Shown piece by piece: positions 63,320-64,000 of a stretch of 64,000 bases of DNA. The stretch comes from Camelus dromedarius (taxonomy: Eukaryota). Position numbers and translations under genes: made by a program. The stretch spans positions 43,588,001 to 43,652,000 of the forward strand of contig NC_087436.1 of assembly GCF_036321535.1 (NCBI RefSeq), read 5' to 3'. Below the pieces are notes generated by a model that saw only the letters and a program-made list of their open reading frames with translations, was not told where the DNA came from and searched no databases. Every line of letters begins with the position of its first letter. Position 1 is the stretch's first letter.

Positions 63320-63945
63320 GTAATAGATTGATTCCATTAATGGCCCCAATTAAATGGCCTTCCATATGTACACCTTTTACCCTACAATTGTGTTTAGTTC
63401 TCTCCTACTCTGATTTTAGGCTGGGCTATGTGACATGCTTTCATCAATGGGACACTAGCTAGCTTAAAGCGAGCAGTGACTTGAAAAAACTTCTAAGGAT
63501 TTCCACCTTCTTCTGCTTCTCTCTGATCACTATGAGTGTATTCTCTAAGCTTGCTTAAAAACATGCTTAGGCTAGCCTGCTAGAGGGACATGAGAAACAC
63601 GTGCGTAAGAGAGACACCTGAAGAGCCCAATTATCCAATGAAGGTCATCTTAGACCAGCCATAACCAGCTGGCCGTCAAAATGTAAAACCCTAATGCTGA
63701 CTGATTTAAGACCTGACCATCACTCTCCTGGATTACTATCATAGTCTTTTCACTGATAGGCTCCCCCAACCCTCACCCTGCACCCTAGATCAGCAGAGCC
63801 ATGCAACCAAAGGGCAGCTGAACTCACACTCAATGCATGAAACTGGCTGAAACCTGTGAGCCATAATAATGACTGTATTTTAAGCCACTGAACTTTCAGA
63901 GAGAACTGCTTTGCAGTTTTTTTTTGTAGCAACAGAAAACAGATA
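63320..63945 (+). mobile_element. Older MLT1 (G/H-like) LTR
   Basis: tg start; gggctatgtgacatgctttcatcaatgg; end ttttaagccactgaactttcagag...tagcaacagaaaacagata. Confidence 0.7.
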
Positions 63946-64000
63946 GTAAGAAACCCTATGGTTCTTTTTACAGACTTTGAAACAGGCAGAGCATTTGAGT

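Noticed and set aside
1..64000. CRISPR arrays, operons, rRNA or prokaryotic defence systems
   Set aside because: No regularly spaced repeat-spacer array or dense ORF structure; the sequence is clearly mammalian.

Overview
Mammalian intronic/intergenic-type genomic DNA, AT-rich and repeat-dense. It is very probably from a camelid (alpaca/llama/camel), because the window holds about 9 copies of a tRNA-derived SINE resembling camelid vic-1. Two retrocopies can be read directly: an RPL34 processed pseudogene (about 60357-60805, +) and a short, diverged CTAGE/MIA2-family retrocopy (25362-26840, +). The CTAGE copy has a 15-bp TSD and is one frameshift away from a ~210-aa ORF. Other repeats include many L1 fragments (the best preserved is a 2.5-kb 5'-truncated element at 12322-14818), MLT1 and ERV1 solo LTRs, MIR, L2, MER5A, MADE2 and microsatellites. 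L1/LTR orientation bias, candidate exons and a repeat-free, motif-rich block at about 30-32 kb suggest that the window lies in long introns of an unidentified minus-strand gene with an internal promoter/enhancer. The most interesting leads are the mini-CTAGE retrocopy, a probable L1 3' transduction at 28.2-29.0 kb, and an unidentified, hairpin-rich ~0.85-kb insert at 62.2-63.0 kb. No CRISPR array, rRNA or true tRNA gene was seen. Repeat subfamily names are recalled from consensus sequences and were not checked by database search.
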